Positions 54,701-62,632 of a stretch of 64,000 nt of DNA are shown here, one piece after another. Origin of the DNA: a virus (lineage: Duplodnaviria > Caudoviricetes); the IMG/VR virus record IMGVR_UViG_3300045391_004375, positions 1 to 64,000 of that record; one strand, written 5' to 3'. The position numbers and the translations under genes are program-made. The notes under the pieces were generated by a model. It worked only from the letters and a program-made list of their open reading frames with translations, was not told the origin of the DNA and searched no databases. The stretch's first letter is position 1. Each line of letters opens with the position of its first letter.

Positions 54701-55678
54701 CTGGCCACGGTGTCGGCGGTGGCATTGCCCGAACCGTCGGTCAGCCACGCCGACCAGGAGGCCGCCCTGGAGGCTCTCGCCAAGCAGGTCGACCCGAACC
54801 GGTTCAAGGGCGGCAAGATCTTCAACAACCACGTCATGGAGGGCGCCTACTCCGGATCCATCCAGGACGCCTACGGTAAGCGGGTCCTCAACTATGACGG
54901 CCGCAAGGGCACCTGGACCACCAGCAACGGCGGCCAGCTGGCCCCGAACCAGGTACATGCCTACATCACCGAGTACAACCGGCACGACCAGTTCGACCGG
55001 AACCCGAACTACCTGAAGTCCATCGTGGACAAGCAGGTGGCCCCCGAGTTCCCGGCCCAGACCGGCGGCGGCACCCGGGGTGGTGGGAGCGTGGTCGCCG
55101 ACCTGCGGAAGATCTCCAACGGTTCCGTCGGTAGCGTCGCCAACGACCTGGAGTCGGGCGACGTCACCCCGGCCGAGGCGGCCGACCGGTTGGACCGGAT
55201 CGGCCGGCAGCGGGGCCTGGACGGACGCACCCGTGGTCAGCTCAGCGCGGCGGCCCAGCGGCTGCGCGCCCAGAGTCGGGAAGACCTGGGTCTGAACCGG
55301 CCGGCCCCGGCCGGCGCGCGCATCGAGACGACCCGGACCGGCAACATCAAGAAGCCGCCCAGGACGCCCAGCTCGAAGCCGGGTAGCCGCACCGAGCAGG
55401 TGTTGCGGGACCTGCACGCCGAGCTGGCCAAGCACCCGGTCAGCGAGCAGAAGATCGCGTTCTCCGACGCCACGATCCGCGAGGTGGTTGGCAGGCTCGC
55501 CGACGAGGTGGCCCAGGGCAAGATCTCCGAGGATGAGGCCCGCAACCAGCTTGACCGGCTGCTGGGTCGCGCGTTCAACTACGCCAAGAGCGAACAGTCC
55601 GGTACCCACGGGGCCCTCAAGAAGGCCACCGACGCCCTCGCGGCGGCGGCGGGACGGCGGCCGGGGGGAAAAGCGTAG
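51788..55678 (+). CDS. large (1296 aa) HPRD-motif head-module protein, putative ejection/polyvalent protein
   Basis: N-terminal WVEAKHPRDDRGRF; between portal and MuF; strong coding bias. Confidence 0.7.
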   Translation: MGKRSLRALHWVEAKHPRDDRGRFSHKGGQKWARKVADELGARFGDIHMGAAPGREPQGKLQSSKAGGFLLNTKAASAAGRDAGMRAEGHRLVTELGGIRKERGTGGGSPEGMREALNNSSGSSLKATVAQLRTHVQQEGGWLKEERAASAGTISVGDLKKGDHAKLVGQDAYGKQISLNGYVQGVGDVNVRKGRNRTPMKAVQVAETPSGGGGWRGTVYVKPDHMAEKTTPKADVARLEGRRPGGTVQVVNPDGKGGFKVEGRITREEAARQMGLDKPVGGRKPGGVTTTTPKARERRAEELRISNDPKDNGAKIKAIQDGTLASASLYRKVAAGPSGQRSNVAMGHIRHTPDNPSGEFQISDSDGRLVGWASHTVRNGEPVFSVHSENYDGEHRLEGWAGELSTAADVLINGEHAARGRHDSERISKGSFESYAGKNMSVDQLERHGNRQELAKVNKELENPDLAPTIRASLERKRTQLEADFAEMIGASKTPTPKAPEAPQDRRMAEVTRIENARANFGKGEASKATEVGRKPGGGYQYSDYSKAHHDMGNLTVAEAGLPDKGAVHSQYQGMLRSINELKRQGPARVGSKDQYYRPMTRKLEEAAQYVHEHEGNPDTVAKLRALADIHRPHTDTAPKLVSGADIRSQRAAMASSLGVDMNDPNRWTRSLGDVRQEVISKAIRDIPQYYTHKDLMDAQQRLKDTSIHDTEAMDAAALNLHRIGDEIRAKQDDLKAVGTRFRTALEAAGGLADQEAAVKADLRRIKKENGIPGDAAIKKLPNGERQAAEAALFDIQKATRARVARENNLKQAKIGREVLAKGGMHPDNAAELEKRIKNVEGGATAEQVARDERERDLALAVWRHAKDNSGTTGEYPADHLKGLDAEEQMAVTVMARNVGLNAADELAQDLRGQKGLKAPKANTDYTGFSESQTRALRSIENDPLRHAQVRENFGQANAARAADEAKRAKELATVSAVALPEPSVSHADQEAALEALAKQVDPNRFKGGKIFNNHVMEGAYSGSIQDAYGKRVLNYDGRKGTWTTSNGGQLAPNQVHAYITEYNRHDQFDRNPNYLKSIVDKQVAPEFPAQTGGGTRGGGSVVADLRKISNGSVGSVANDLESGDVTPAEAADRLDRIGRQRGLDGRTRGQLSAAAQRLRAQSREDLGLNRPAPAGARIETTRTGNIKKPPRTPSSKPGSRTEQVLRDLHAELAKHPVSEQKIAFSDATIREVVGRLADEVAQGKISEDEARNQLDRLLGRAFNYAKSEQSGTHGALKKATDALAAAAGRRPGGKA

Positions 55679-55697
55679 GCCCGACGGAGAGCGGGCC
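55666..55697 (+). other. putative -1 programmed frameshift site
   Basis: G GGA AAA heptamer 55666-55672 in correct phase two codons before TAG; hairpin GGCCCG/CGGGCC 5 nt downstream; -1 frame open to 57747. Confidence 0.65.
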
Positions 55698-55796
55698 CAC
55701 GGAGGAGCCGAAGATCATTCGCGGCTCGTTCACCGGCGGCATCAGCGCGAAGACCGGCAAGAAGATCCAGCCCAAGCCGGTCCGACCCATCCGACC

Positions 55797-55819
55797 GCTT
55801 GACAACTCAGTTGTCAAGC
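55797..55819. promoter_or_regulatory. perfect 23-bp palindromic operator containing TTGACA
   Basis: GCTTGACAACTCAGTTGTCAAGC. Confidence 0.75.
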
Positions 55820-55833
55820 CGGAGGATGGAGGC

Positions 55834-57747
55834 ATGCCAGCCACCATGCCAGCGGCCCGCCTGTCGAAGCTCGACACCCCCGCGCTGATCGAGCAGTACG
55901 ACCAGGCGATCTCCAGCCACAAGGGCCGGTACACCGACACCGCGCCCCGGCAGCAGCGCATCAACAAGATCGTCGACCTGTTGACGGAGCGGGCCGACGC
56001 CGACGACCCGGACGCCCTGGCCTGGTTCGAGAAGGAGCAGAAGACCCCCAGCGGGTCAACCGCCCGCAAGGCCGCTCCCGGAGAGCCCACGCTGGGCGTC
56101 ACCACCTCGGCCCGGGGCCGCACCACCACGGTGACCCTGCCCGACGGCACCACCGAGCAGCGCACCAGCAAGACCCGCGAATACACGCACGCCGTGGTGG
56201 TCACCGCCGACAACCACAACGACGCCACCGACCTCCAGGTGGACAACGCCCGCCGGCAGAAGTTCGTCGATGCCCTCCAGCAGTGGATCAACGAAGGTTC
56301 GGACACCTCCAAGCTGAAGGGGTACCCGACCGGTTCCCTCTCCCACGCGGAGCGGCAGGCCGGCGTCAAGCCGACCGAGTACTACCTGCCCGGCTTCGAG
56401 CCCACCCGGGTGCAGGGGCGGACCGGCGACACCTGGGAGAACACGGAGTTCAGCCTCCCGAACTTCAAGGACACCCGCAAGCTGAGCTGGGCGGACGGCC
56501 GGACCGAATGGGAGGAGTACGGCCCCGAGCACGTACTGAAGCGCAACCAGGAAACCATCGACAAGCAGGCCAAGAAGGCTGACCAGCTCCTTGCCGGCCC
56601 CCGCTACAGCTACGGCGTGTGGCGCTGGTCCAGTTCTCCAACGGCCGCCCAGGCCGCCGCAAGCCAGTTCGGCAACTACCGCAACCGCTCCACCCAGGTG
56701 ATCGGGGTCGGGGGGGTCGCCGAGGCGAAGAAGGCGACCAAGCCGGTGCTGAGCGCCGAGGAGAAGGCCGCCCAGGCCGAGGTGCGCAAGCTCGCCGCCA
56801 AGGCTGCCGAAAAGGCCCGCAACGAGGCCAGTAACGCCGAATTCGTTCAGCGCAAGCTCAAGAGTGTGGCCGAGCGGGTCACCAGTGGCGTGGACACCCC
56901 CGACACTGCGCTGAGCACCGTCAATGACCGTGGTCTGAGCGTGCTCGCCAAAGAGCTGGGCGTGAAGACCCCGCGCGGCTACCGGACGAACCGGGCGATC
57001 AAGGACGCTTACGAGCGGTCGATCGTCGAGGCGATCATGGCCCGCGCCAACGCGCGCAAGAGCGCCGCCCGGCTCGCCGACGCCGAAGCCGCCGCCCAGA
57101 AGGCCGCCGACCGCCTTGAAGGTGCAGCAGCCCTCAACTCGGCCCCCGCCAAGGTCCGCGACGGCAAACTGTCCCTCCCCGGCTGGGGCGACGGCGAGCG
57201 GGCCGACGCCGCCGATGCCCTGGAGCACTACCGGGACGTGGGCTTCGCCGACCTCAACCGGGACCTGCGGGCCGGCGTACCCGGCTCCGACAAGGGTCGG
57301 CAGACCACCGCCACCGTCGACAAGGTGATGGCCGCCTCTCCGCTGCCCCAACCGGTCACCGTCCACCGGGGCGTCGAAGACGCCGGCCACTTCAAGGTCG
57401 GCCAGGTCATCACCGACCCCACCTACAGCTCCACCAGCGTCGACTTCGCCGTAGCGAAAGGCTTCGCCGGCAAGGGCGGGGCGGTCCTGCGCATGCAGGT
57501 CCCCGCCGGGGTCGGCGCGGTCAACCTGTCCGACGTGCCCGGCGCCCGCCCGGACGAACGGGAAGGGGAACTGCTCCTGCAGCGCGGCCTGCGCTACCGC
57601 GTGGTCAGCGAATCGACCGTCAACGGGGTGCGGGTGTTCGACGTCGTGATCGAACCCGGCCCCATCACGCCGGTCCGGGCGGGCACCGGGCGTCGCCCCG
57701 GCGGCAGCCGACCGGCCGGCCCGCCGAAGTTCCGCCCCCGTGGATGA
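55834..57747 (+). CDS. protein with C-terminal VIP2/Alt-like ADP-ribosyltransferase domain
   Basis: LEHYRDVGFADLNRDLR..VTVHRG..YSSTS..EREGELLLQRG (R-S-E triad); frame open upstream to slippery site. Confidence 0.85.
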   Translation: MPATMPAARLSKLDTPALIEQYDQAISSHKGRYTDTAPRQQRINKIVDLLTERADADDPDALAWFEKEQKTPSGSTARKAAPGEPTLGVTTSARGRTTTVTLPDGTTEQRTSKTREYTHAVVVTADNHNDATDLQVDNARRQKFVDALQQWINEGSDTSKLKGYPTGSLSHAERQAGVKPTEYYLPGFEPTRVQGRTGDTWENTEFSLPNFKDTRKLSWADGRTEWEEYGPEHVLKRNQETIDKQAKKADQLLAGPRYSYGVWRWSSSPTAAQAAASQFGNYRNRSTQVIGVGGVAEAKKATKPVLSAEEKAAQAEVRKLAAKAAEKARNEASNAEFVQRKLKSVAERVTSGVDTPDTALSTVNDRGLSVLAKELGVKTPRGYRTNRAIKDAYERSIVEAIMARANARKSAARLADAEAAAQKAADRLEGAAALNSAPAKVRDGKLSLPGWGDGERADAADALEHYRDVGFADLNRDLRAGVPGSDKGRQTTATVDKVMAASPLPQPVTVHRGVEDAGHFKVGQVITDPTYSSTSVDFAVAKGFAGKGGAVLRMQVPAGVGAVNLSDVPGARPDEREGELLLQRGLRYRVVSESTVNGVRVFDVVIEPGPITPVRAGTGRRPGGSRPAGPPKFRPRG

Positions 57748-58696
57748 TCTTCAGCTGCTCGCGCTGGAAGCGCAGGTCCGGGACACCGTCGTCACGGACC
57801 TGCGCGGTTTCCTTGACGAGTTGCTGCGCATCGGCACGGCCATCTATGTAACCACGGCCGGCTCCACCCACCACAAGCTGCCCGAACACGCCCAGGACAC
57901 CCTGCGCGGCCTGCTCGTCGAGCAGCTCGACCGGATGCGCCGCTACCCCTACCGGGAAGTCCGCCAGGCCCTCCAGCACGGCGCCCAGCAGGCCCTGGCG
58001 ACCGGCTCCTACGACACCGGACTGATCGGCCCGGTGGTCAGCCGGATCTCCGGCACGCTGCCCCTGGACATCCGGGCCGCGCTGCCCGCGCTCACCGCCG
58101 GCATCCGCGACGACCTGCACGCCGCCGCCCACCTGGCCCGTAGCGGCCCCCTCGACCGGTACGGCGACCTCATGTCGGTGATCGCCACCGCCCGACGGGC
58201 CGTCAACCGGGCCGAACAGACCACCACCTTCGTGATCCACCGGGCCCACGCCGAAGGTGTCCAGCGGGCCATCGACCGGGCGGCGGCCGGCGGCATCGAG
58301 GTGGCCACACTGTGGCTGGCCGAACGGGACGCCTGCGCGGCCTGCCTCGGCTACGCCGGGGCCCTCGCCGTGCCCGGCGAACCGTTCCTGCCGGTGTTGT
58401 CCGTCCAGGACCCGTCGGCCACCGTCTACGGGCCGGTGTGGGGGCCGCCGCTGCATCCGCACTGCCGGTGCCGCACCGAACCATGGTTCGGTGGCCTGGA
58501 CATCACCCCGGTGGACCTGCCGCACGCCCTGCGACGCGAAGCCCAGCGTTCGATCGCCGCCGGCACCGCCATGGGGAGCCGACCAGCCCGCCTGCGGGCC
58601 GCTGGCCGGCTCGTTCAGGCGGCCGGTCTGCTCATCCCGAAGACGGTGGTCAAGCGGGCCCAGCGGGCCGTCCAGGCCGGCACGTTCGAGCGTTAG
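57740..58696 (+). CDS. MuF / SPP1 gp7-like head morphogenesis protein
   Basis: LWLAERDACAAC..PPLHPHCRC. Confidence 0.8.
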   Translation: MDDLQLLALEAQVRDTVVTDLRGFLDELLRIGTAIYVTTAGSTHHKLPEHAQDTLRGLLVEQLDRMRRYPYREVRQALQHGAQQALATGSYDTGLIGPVVSRISGTLPLDIRAALPALTAGIRDDLHAAAHLARSGPLDRYGDLMSVIATARRAVNRAEQTTTFVIHRAHAEGVQRAIDRAAAGGIEVATLWLAERDACAACLGYAGALAVPGEPFLPVLSVQDPSATVYGPVWGPPLHPHCRCRTEPWFGGLDITPVDLPHALRREAQRSIAAGTAMGSRPARLRAAGRLVQAAGLLIPKTVVKRAQRAVQAGTFER

Positions 58697-59193
58697 GGCG
58701 CCGAGGCGGGCACGACGCACACGGCGTGCGCGGACTGGACGCCTTCGTCCCAGTCGCATACGCCCCTCTCGCCGTGCATGTTGCCGTATACGTGGTAGAT
58801 CGTCACGGTGATGTGTCGAGGACCGTTCCCGGACGGCTTCACTCCCTCGATGGTGACCACCACAAGGTCCCCGGCTTTCACGCCGACCACCCGGAACCAC
58901 GGCGACTTGGTCCCCTCCGGGATCGGCTCCGGTTCGGCACGGGTGGACACGTGCGCGAGCAGCGTGCTGTACCCGGACCACGTCGCGTAGATCACGACCG
59001 CGCGGGGGTTCTGCTTGCCCCGGATCACCTCGGCCGGCTCGCCGCCGCCGGACGCCCCCATGTCGGGGATCAGACCTTCCCACCAGGCGAACAGCCCGAA
59101 GACGATCAGCAGCGCCAATCCGACCCGCAGCTTGGTTGCCGTACGCACGTGCGCCTCTTTTCGCATGTCACCGGGGCCGCGTACGCTGACCAT
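58693..59193 (-). CDS. membrane-anchored beta-rich protein, inverted inside head operon (start likely near 59150-59166)
   Basis: TM LALLIVFGLFAWW; C-terminal Cys pair; fills gap between MuF and scaffold. Confidence 0.55.
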   Translation of the reverse strand: MVSVRGPGDMRKEAHVRTATKLRVGLALLIVFGLFAWWEGLIPDMGASGGGEPAEVIRGKQNPRAVVIYATWSGYSTLLAHVSTRAEPEPIPEGTKSPWFRVVGVKAGDLVVVTIEGVKPSGNGPRHITVTIYHVYGNMHGERGVCDWDEGVQSAHAVCVVPASAP

Positions 59194-59247
59194 GACGCGA
59201 CGTCACCGGGAACCCGCGAGGGGTTCAGCACAGAAAGGCGGGTCGAG

Positions 59248-60402
59248 ATGACCACGGCACTGTTAGCGACCGTTCAGCCCGGCTTGCGTGCCGTGCTCCA
59301 CACTGCCACACCACTTGGCCACACCGCCGCCGGCCGCCCCGTCTGGGCGCTGCAGGGCGGCCGGGGATCGACCATCGACTTCGTGGTGGACGACCGGGAC
59401 GACGACACCGACCCCTTCGGGGACGACGAAGACGACGACGAAGACGACGACGAGGACGAATACGACGACGAGGACGAGTCGGACGAAGAGGACGACGAGG
59501 ACGAGTCCGAGGAAGACGACGAGGAAGACGACCGCCAGCAGGCCCGCCGCAAGCCGGCCCGCAAGGACGGCAAGGGCAAAGACGGCAAGGACAAGGGCGA
59601 CGACACCGACGAGGCCGACGCCGACTGGACCCCGCCGACCCGGGAGCAGTTCACCCGCCTCGAAGAAGCGGTCAAGCGCAACAACCATGAGCTGCGGCAG
59701 CGGCGCTTCATCGGCAAGGCGATGAAAGACCTGGGCATCACCTCCCCCGAGTCCTTCTCCGAGTTCCTGATCACCCGGGGCATCAACCCGGACACCGGCG
59801 AACTGATCGACGGCGAAGACGCCGAAGTCGACGAGAACGGTAAAGTCAAGCGGCACAACGCGCAGACCATCAAGCGGGCCGAAGACCGCGCCCGCACGCA
59901 GGTGGTCAACCAGTACCGGCCGGCCCTCGCCCTCCAGGCGGCCGAGTCGGAGCTGCGCGCGGCCGGCTGGTCGGGCCGGGACATGGGTCGGGCCCTGCGG
60001 CTGGTCGACGTCGACAAGATCGATGTCGAGTTCGACGGCGAGACCGGGGAGCCCATCCTGTACGGCGTGGAGGACCAGGTGAAGGAGCTGAAGACCGAGT
60101 TCCCCGAGTGGTTCCGCAGCACCCGGGAGGAGCCGGAGGACCGTCCGGCCCGGGGTCGGCGCACCACCGGACGTCGCCGCGCCGACGACGAGGACGACGA
60201 CCGGGCCCTGGAGCGCAGCGTCAGCCGGCGCACCCGCACCTCGACCAGCTCGGCCGGCACCACCAACGGCGCCACCAACGGGCGGCGGGCGGCCCGCTCC
60301 GGCGGCGCCCGCCAGGTCGACGGCGGTGGCACCGGCCGACGGGCCACCCGGCCGCAGACCTGGCTGGACAAGGTGGACAAGCAGATGATGCGGGGCGTGT
60401 AA
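59248..60402 (+). CDS. capsid scaffolding protein
   Basis: acidic tract, coiled coil, position before MCP; AGAAAGG RBS. Confidence 0.75.
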   Translation: MTTALLATVQPGLRAVLHTATPLGHTAAGRPVWALQGGRGSTIDFVVDDRDDDTDPFGDDEDDDEDDDEDEYDDEDESDEEDDEDESEEDDEEDDRQQARRKPARKDGKGKDGKDKGDDTDEADADWTPPTREQFTRLEEAVKRNNHELRQRRFIGKAMKDLGITSPESFSEFLITRGINPDTGELIDGEDAEVDENGKVKRHNAQTIKRAEDRARTQVVNQYRPALALQAAESELRAAGWSGRDMGRALRLVDVDKIDVEFDGETGEPILYGVEDQVKELKTEFPEWFRSTREEPEDRPARGRRTTGRRRADDEDDDRALERSVSRRTRTSTSSAGTTNGATNGRRAARSGGARQVDGGGTGRRATRPQTWLDKVDKQMMRGV

Positions 60403-60524
60403 GCTCCGCCCGGGAAGTCTCAAAGGCACGCACGCGGGCCCCTTCAAGCCGGCCACCCCGGCGAGGGGGCCCGCGTGTCACTCAACCGACCGGATGTACC
60501 ACGCGCGCCGAATAGGCAGGGTGC

Positions 60525-60554
60525 TTGGTCAACTGGCGTTTTGCCTGCTATCCT
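60525..60554 (+). promoter_or_regulatory. putative promoter for capsid gene
   Basis: TTGGTC-N18-TATCCT with TGn extension, after hairpin 60431-60475. Confidence 0.45.
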
Positions 60555-60656
60555 CCCGACCAGGTACGCCTTACAGTCCGTGACGGGCCGGCGTCTTCGC
60601 TCGCGACGAGCAATTGGTAAAGACTTTTCCAGTTGTGCGCGAGCGAGAGGAACCAC

Positions 60657-61715
60657 ATGATGACGCGCACGTTCGCGATCGACTGGGACATTCACCCAGA
60701 CCGCGACCCCGGCCAGCTCATCGGCTTCACCTCCAACGGGACGCCGGTTTGGCAGCTCGCCGGTGGTGCCCCGATCACCATCACCTCCTGGATCCCGATC
60801 GAGTACAGCTCGGACGTCGTCCAGCGGGTTCGGACCGAGTCCGTGATCGAGCGGCAGGCCCGCCGGGTCGCGATGGGCTCCAAGACCAAGTCCATCCCGC
60901 GTTCGGCCGGCGTGACCGTCACCGCCGGCACGACCTACACCGACGACGCCAGCACCAACGACGAGGTTGTGCTCACCGCGCGGCGCTTCATCGCCCGCGT
61001 ACAGATCGACGAGGACGACCTGGCCGACGCCAGCACCCGTATGGACGTCATCGGCACGAAGGCCCTCGACTGGGCCATCAGCTACGCCGACGTGTTCGAC
61101 AACGCGTGCCTGGCTGTCACCGGCACCGAGAACGGCACCACGGTGCCCTTCACCTCGGCGTACAAGCGGCTGCGGACCACCAACGCGAACACCGGCTACA
61201 CCGCCGACGACAACTACACCACGTGGGACGACGACCTCATCTCGGTGCCGACCACGCCGGCCGGCACGTCGCTGTACGAGAAGCTGTCGTTCATCTTCAA
61301 GAAGGTGGAGACCAGCAAGTACTGGTCGCAGCCGGACATGATCGTCATCGCGGCGCCCGGCTGGCGTGACGCGCTGCGCATGTGCGTGGACGCCCAGGGC
61401 CGCCCGATCTTCACCTCCGGCGGGGGCCTGCCCGGCAACGGCACCCCGGACACCCTGTTCCAGACCCCGATCTCGTGGTCGCGTGGCTGCAAGACCTCGG
61501 CCACCAACACGGGCTCCCCGACTGGCAACGACCTGCTGTTCTTCGTGAACAAGCGGTACCTGGCCCGGGGCGACCGGTCCGGCCCGGAGACGCTGACCGA
61601 CAACGCGCGGGCGCAGGACGACTCCGACAACTACGCGATCAAGTTCCGTGCCCGTCGGGCCTTCCAGCTCACCCACGAGAACGCGGCGGCCGTGCTGGAG
61701 CGCATCACCGACTAA
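60657..61715 (+). CDS. major capsid protein (HK97 fold)
   Basis: WIPIEYSSDVVQRV..ESVIE..DAQGRPIF..LFQTPI; GAGGA RBS; after scaffold. Confidence 0.85.
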   Translation: MMTRTFAIDWDIHPDRDPGQLIGFTSNGTPVWQLAGGAPITITSWIPIEYSSDVVQRVRTESVIERQARRVAMGSKTKSIPRSAGVTVTAGTTYTDDASTNDEVVLTARRFIARVQIDEDDLADASTRMDVIGTKALDWAISYADVFDNACLAVTGTENGTTVPFTSAYKRLRTTNANTGYTADDNYTTWDDDLISVPTTPAGTSLYEKLSFIFKKVETSKYWSQPDMIVIAAPGWRDALRMCVDAQGRPIFTSGGGLPGNGTPDTLFQTPISWSRGCKTSATNTGSPTGNDLLFFVNKRYLARGDRSGPETLTDNARAQDDSDNYAIKFRARRAFQLTHENAAAVLERITD

Positions 61716-61723
61716 CCGAAGCT

Positions 61724-61770
61724 CGCCCCCGGGCCGACACAAATTCGAGGGTGGGTCCGGCCCGGGGGCG
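61724..61770 (+). terminator. hairpin after capsid gene
   Basis: 13-bp stem CGCCCCCGGGCCG/CGGCCCGGGGGCG. Confidence 0.55.
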
Positions 61771-61809
61771 TCAACTTCGGCAAGGTGATTCGAGGGAGAG
61801 GTGGGGGCC

Positions 61810-62160
61810 ATGTCCGGTGTCCGCCTCGACATCGAAGTGGAACAGAACGGCACGTTCGAACTGGCCGTTCAGGTGCTCGACTCCGGCGGCGTGGACCCCC
61901 GCACCGACCTGGCCGGCTGGGGCGGGGTGCTGCAGATCCGGGCCGACCGGGACCCGCTGGCCACGCTGTACGCCTCGGCCGTGGTCAGCGTCGACTCGGC
62001 AACCGCCATCGCCACAGCCACCATCGACGCCGACGATACGGCCGTGATGACCTGGCGGTCCGGCGAGTACGACTTCTACATCACCGACAACGGCAGCCCC
62101 GCACAAAGGATCTTCCTGTGCTGGGGTAGCGCGAAGTTCGTCAAGCGGGTCAGCACCTGA
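61810..62160 (+). CDS. beta-rich structural protein (BppU/LtfC-like)
   Basis: IEVEQNGTF..DLAGW..LQIR..YDFYI. Confidence 0.55.
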   Translation: MSGVRLDIEVEQNGTFELAVQVLDSGGVDPRTDLAGWGGVLQIRADRDPLATLYASAVVSVDSATAIATATIDADDTAVMTWRSGEYDFYITDNGSPAQRIFLCWGSAKFVKRVST

Positions 62161-62177
62161 CCCGGTCGGGAGGACCG

Positions 62178-62303
62178 ATGGCCGGCAAGAAGAAGACCGC
62201 AAGCGCCACGCACGCCAAGACCTACGCGGCCATGAAGCGTCGGGGCATGCCCGCCGGGGCGGCCATGAAGATGGCCAAGAAGGCGGCCAAGAAATGCAAG
62301 TAG
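62178..62303 (+). CDS. small Lys/Ala-rich basic protein
   Basis: GGAGG RBS; 41 aa. Confidence 0.6.
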   Translation: MAGKKKTASATHAKTYAAMKRRGMPAGAAMKMAKKAAKKCK

Positions 62304-62632
62304 GCTCGGGCGCCACCCTGCTCAGCCCACCGGTACGCCGGTGGGCGTGCGTGGCCTGCCCGGCCACCGACACCACCACCGAGGTGGAGCCGCACACCCG
62401 CATGCACGCCTGCCCGACGGCCGGCGGCATGTCCGTGCCGATGGTGCCCGCCGGCACGCGGGGCCGGCTACAGATCAACATGCGGGAGGACTACGTGGGC
62501 CGCGAAGACGTCCAGCGGGACGCCGACGGCCGCGTGGTCATGTCGGTGAACGTGATCCGGGACGACGGTATGGACTGCGCGGTGTACGCACCGACGGCCA
62601 CCAGCCGGGGGGAGGCAGTGGGTCGTGGCTGA
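62294..62632 (+). CDS. hypothetical protein, Zn-binding
   Basis: CVAC..HACP. Confidence 0.6.
   Translation: MQVGSGATLLSPPVRRWACVACPATDTTTEVEPHTRMHACPTAGGMSVPMVPAGTRGRLQINMREDYVGREDVQRDADGRVVMSVNVIRDDGMDCAVYAPTATSRGEAVGRG

Noticed and set aside
15006-55609. Long antisense ORFs from the track (e.g. 15006-16964+, 46971-49310-, 53147-55609-)
   Set aside because: Shadows of high-GC3 genes on the opposite strand, no RBS or motifs
195-55816. 17-bp palindromes as parS sites for the ParB-like protein
   Set aside because: No match to parS consensus and they coincide with -35 boxes; repressor operator fits better, though not excluded
59400-59530. GACGAC/GAGGAC repeat as DNA repeat element
   Set aside because: Simply encodes the acidic tract of the scaffold
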